From the NCBI RefSeq assembly GCF_001548275.1, contig NZ_AP014945.1:240001-272000 (forward strand): a stretch of 32,000 nt of DNA, given 5' to 3'. Every line of letters starts with the position of its first letter. The first letter of the stretch is position 1. Made by a program: the position numbers and the translations under genes. This stretch comes from Caldimicrobium thiodismutans (GTDB taxonomy: Bacteria; Desulfobacterota; Thermodesulfobacteria; Thermodesulfobacteriales; Thermodesulfobacteriaceae). Below the pieces are notes generated by a model. That model saw only the letters and a program-made list of their open reading frames with translations. It did no database searches and was not told the DNA's origin. Shown piece by piece: positions 29,894 to 32,000 of the stretch.

Positions 29894-30931
29894 TTAACTT
29901 AGAGGCCTCTGTGGATAAAGGTAAACAGTGCGGATGGGGAAGGGGATTTCAATTTTTTCCTCTTTATAGCGCTTATGAAGTTTCTTGATGAATTCATGGG
30001 CTATAACAAAACGGGAAGAAGGCTCCTTAGCTCTTAAGATCACATTGAAATTTATACTGAAATCCCCAAAGGTATGGAATCTTAACAGGGGTTCAAACTC
30101 TTCAACTCCTTCGGGATGCCCTTGCATAACCTCCTTAGCCACCTCAAGAGTAACCCTTTCCACCTTTTCAAGGTCACTGGCATAACTAACTCCAACTTGA
30201 ACCAGAACTACCAGTTCCTCGGATGGAAGTTGATAATTTATAATCTGGCTTCCTGCAAGCTTGGAATTAGGGATAATTATCATATTATTGGAAAGCATAC
30301 GAATGGTAGTTGTCCTCCAGGTGATATCTTCAACAAAGCCTTCATCTCCATTTTCAAGACGAATAAAATCCCCGGGTTTAATCTGCTTGGCCATAAGAAT
30401 ATAAAGCCCAGCAAAAAAGTTTTCCAAAGTATCCTTCAGGGCAAGACCAACGGCAAGACCTGCCACTCCAAGGGTGGTAATAAAAGGGGCAATATTAATA
30501 TTTAAGACATTGAGAATCAAGATAAAAGCTATGGAAAAGACAAGAACTTTGATGAAAATCTCAAAGAGAGTTACCTTAGCAAGGGTTTCTGCCTTTTGAG
30601 TAATATAATGATCAAAGATATTAATAAGCAGCTTTGAGCCACAAAGACTTGAGGAGAGGATGAATAAAATGAGAAGAATTTTATTGACCACACTAAAGAT
30701 GTGTGGGGGAATGTGGGTAAGACCTAAGGCTAAGTGAATACCCAAAAGAAGGCCCCAAAAGGGAAAATATCCCTTAAGGGTTTTTAAAACTATTTCGTCC
30801 CAGGGCCAGCGAGTTTTTTTGGCAATTCTTAATAAATATTTGAAAACAAATATTCTTATTATATAAAAACCTAAAATTACAAGAAAAAAAATAAGAACTG
30901 GATAGATTAATTCTTTCCAGGCCATAGACAT
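29894..30931 (-). CDS. MscS-family mechanosensitive channel
   Basis: N-terminal TM helices followed by the MscS beta-domain (IKPGDFIRLENGDEGFVEDITWRTTTIR). I place the start at ATG 30931 (or 30925). The ORF-track TTG at 30955 lies inside the predicted promoter spacer. Confidence 0.82.
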   Translation of the reverse strand: MSMAWKELIYPVLIFFLVILGFYIIRIFVFKYLLRIAKKTRWPWDEIVLKTLKGYFPFWGLLLGIHLALGLTHIPPHIFSVVNKILLILFILSSSLCGSKLLINIFDHYITQKAETLAKVTLFEIFIKVLVFSIAFILILNVLNINIAPFITTLGVAGLAVGLALKDTLENFFAGLYILMAKQIKPGDFIRLENGDEGFVEDITWRTTTIRMLSNNMIIIPNSKLAGSQIINYQLPSEELVVLVQVGVSYASDLEKVERVTLEVAKEVMQGHPEGVEEFEPLLRFHTFGDFSINFNVILRAKEPSSRFVIAHEFIKKLHKRYKEEKIEIPFPIRTVYLYPQRPLS

Positions 30932-30936
30932 TTTAA

Positions 30937-30965
30937 AGCATACCAAAATAACCAATCCCTGTCAA
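30937..30965 (-). promoter_or_regulatory. Putative mscS-xthA promoter
   Basis: On the minus strand: TTGACA (30965-30960), a 17-nt spacer, then TATGCT (30942-30937). The ATG at 30931 follows only 5 nt after the -10. Confidence 0.45.
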
Positions 30966-30970
30966 CTCTT

Positions 30971-31050
30971 TGGATGCACCCATATCTTTTGAGACTTATA
31001 TTTCCCCTTTTTCCCCTTCCTTTTTCTTGTAAGGATTTTTACTCATGTAA
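30971..31050 (+). repeat. Intergenic mosaic repeat, copy C (compact form)
   Basis: Module 1 ATCTTTTGAGAC is at 30984-30995. Module 2 CCCTTCCTTTTTCTTGTAAG is at 31014-31033, with its core at 31024-31035. The two modules are only 18 nt apart. Confidence 0.8.
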
Positions 31051-31055
31051 AAGGG

Positions 31056-31083
31056 TTCTCAATCTGATTTAATGAGGTATAAT
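31056..31083 (+). promoter_or_regulatory. Putative pepP promoter
   Basis: TTCTCA (31056-31061), a 16-nt spacer, then TATAAT (31078-31083). Confidence 0.4.
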
Positions 31084-31098
31084 TCTCTTTGTTTTATA

Positions 31099-32000
31099 TG
31101 TTTAAGAATCAGAATTCACAAAGATTAGAGAAGGTAAGAAAACTTCTTTGGGAAAAAGAGCTTGATGGTTTCTTATTTTCTTCAACACCTAATGTCTTTT
31201 ATCTCACTGGCCTTAAGGCAAGTCAGGCTTATGTAGTAATTACAGAAAAAGAGGCCCTTTTAGTAACGGATGCCAGGTATTATGAAAGAGCCAAAGAAAT
31301 TGCTTCTCCTTCCTTTAAGACAAAGCTTATTCTCGGAGATCCTACAAAGTTTTTAAAAGATCTTTTAAAATCCTTAAAGATAAGCCGAGTTGGTTTTGAA
31401 AAGGATAGGGTAACTTGTGAGTTAAGAGAAAGGCTTAGAAGTAGGAGCTATCAACTAATTGGCCTTTCTCAGCCTTTAAGATCTTTGAGGATGAAAAAAG
31501 AGGTAATTGAGATAGAGAAGATTAAGAGAGCTGTTGGAATTACTGATGAGATCTTTCAAAAACTTTTGCATATTTTAAAGCCAGGACTTTTTGAACTGGA
31601 GGTTAGGGGGAAAATCGTTGAGCTTGCCTTTAAAAGGGAAGCCGAGGGCGAGGCTTTCCCATCAATTGTAGCGTCAGGTGAACATTCGGCTATACCTCAC
31701 TGGGAATCCTCAAAGAAAACTATTTCAAAGGGCCCCCTTCTTATAGATATGGGAGTTTTGTATGAGGGGTATTGCAGTGATTTTACAAGGACCCTTTATC
31801 TGGGAAAGGCAGATCAAGAGTTTAAAAAATATTATGAGATTGTAAAAACAGCCTGGTTTAAGGCCTTTGAAAGGGTAAAAACAGGTGTTCCTGTTTATGA
31901 GATAGATAAAAGAATAAGAGAATATTTTCAAAAAAAAGGAGTTCTTTCCTATTTTACTCATTCTACTGGACATGGTCTTGGAATTGAAATCCATGAATTT
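31099..32000 (+). CDS. pepP: Xaa-Pro aminopeptidase / M24B peptidase (5' part; runs off the window)
   Basis: The frame is open from ATG 31099 to the window end (an in-frame alternative ATG is at 31072). It has a creatinase-like N-domain (LDGFLFSS..N.FYLTG), then an M24 core (..IDMG..Y.GYCSDFTRT...G and HSTGHGLGIEIHE). It is absent from the ORF track only because no stop codon falls inside the window. Confidence 0.85.

Noticed and set aside
11569-31098. Whether repeat copies A and C, which are direct repeats 19 kb apart, delimit a genomic island.
   Set aside because: The enclosed genes are core housekeeping genes (rplS, rnhB, acpP, fabF, acpS, hom, nrdJ, tRNA-Leu). Composition is uniform, and there are no integrase, transposase or att-like tRNA 3' duplications.

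Overview
This window looks like a tightly packed, low-GC chromosomal core region. Protein style and gene content suggest a thermophilic, deep-branching bacterium (Thermodesulfobacteriota/Aquificota-like), but that is inference only. I call about 36 CDS and one tRNA-Leu(CAG). I see no rRNA, CRISPR array, transposase, integrase, phage gene or recognisable defence gene, so this is not an obvious accessory island.

Gene blocks, in order:
- rtcB 3' end, then an Lpp-like lipoprotein, an Smr protein and a THEP1-NTPase::thymidylate-kinase fusion.
- kdsD with a coupled unknown gene (minus strand).
- cobO plus a futalosine-pathway menaquinone cluster: an MqnC/E-type radical SAM enzyme, an amidohydrolase, mqnA and ubiE/menG.
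- A two-subunit biotin carboxylase (pycA/pycB-like, possibly 2-oxoglutarate carboxylase).
- A DUF2905 protein and a GT39/ArnT-like membrane protein.
- tRNA-Leu followed 14 nt later by an EndoQ-like PHP nuclease.
- A secreted repeat protein and a tiny PAQ-repeat lipoprotein.
- A long minus-strand string: rplS, rnhB, yraN, a 596-aa unknown, nrdJ, hom, a CheD-like protein and an HDOD protein.
- acpP, fabF, rpiB, acpS, nnr, a PilZ protein and pilD.
- mscS and xthA (minus strand), then the pepP 5' part.

Most interesting observations:
1. A mosaic DNA repeat is shared by the three divergent-promoter intergenic regions. It includes a GTCTCAAAAGAT box placed 18-19 nt upstream of three separate -35 hexamers.
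2. A CheD-fold protein that appears to lack the catalytic Cys is translationally coupled to an HDOD protein.
3. The carboxyltransferase subunit is oversized and divergent, which fits 2-oxoglutarate carboxylase better than pyruvate carboxylase.
4. A 596-aa all-alpha unknown protein is coupled by an ATGA overlap to nrdJ.

None of these is proven to be a new system from sequence alone. All family calls are motif recognition by eye, with no database search.
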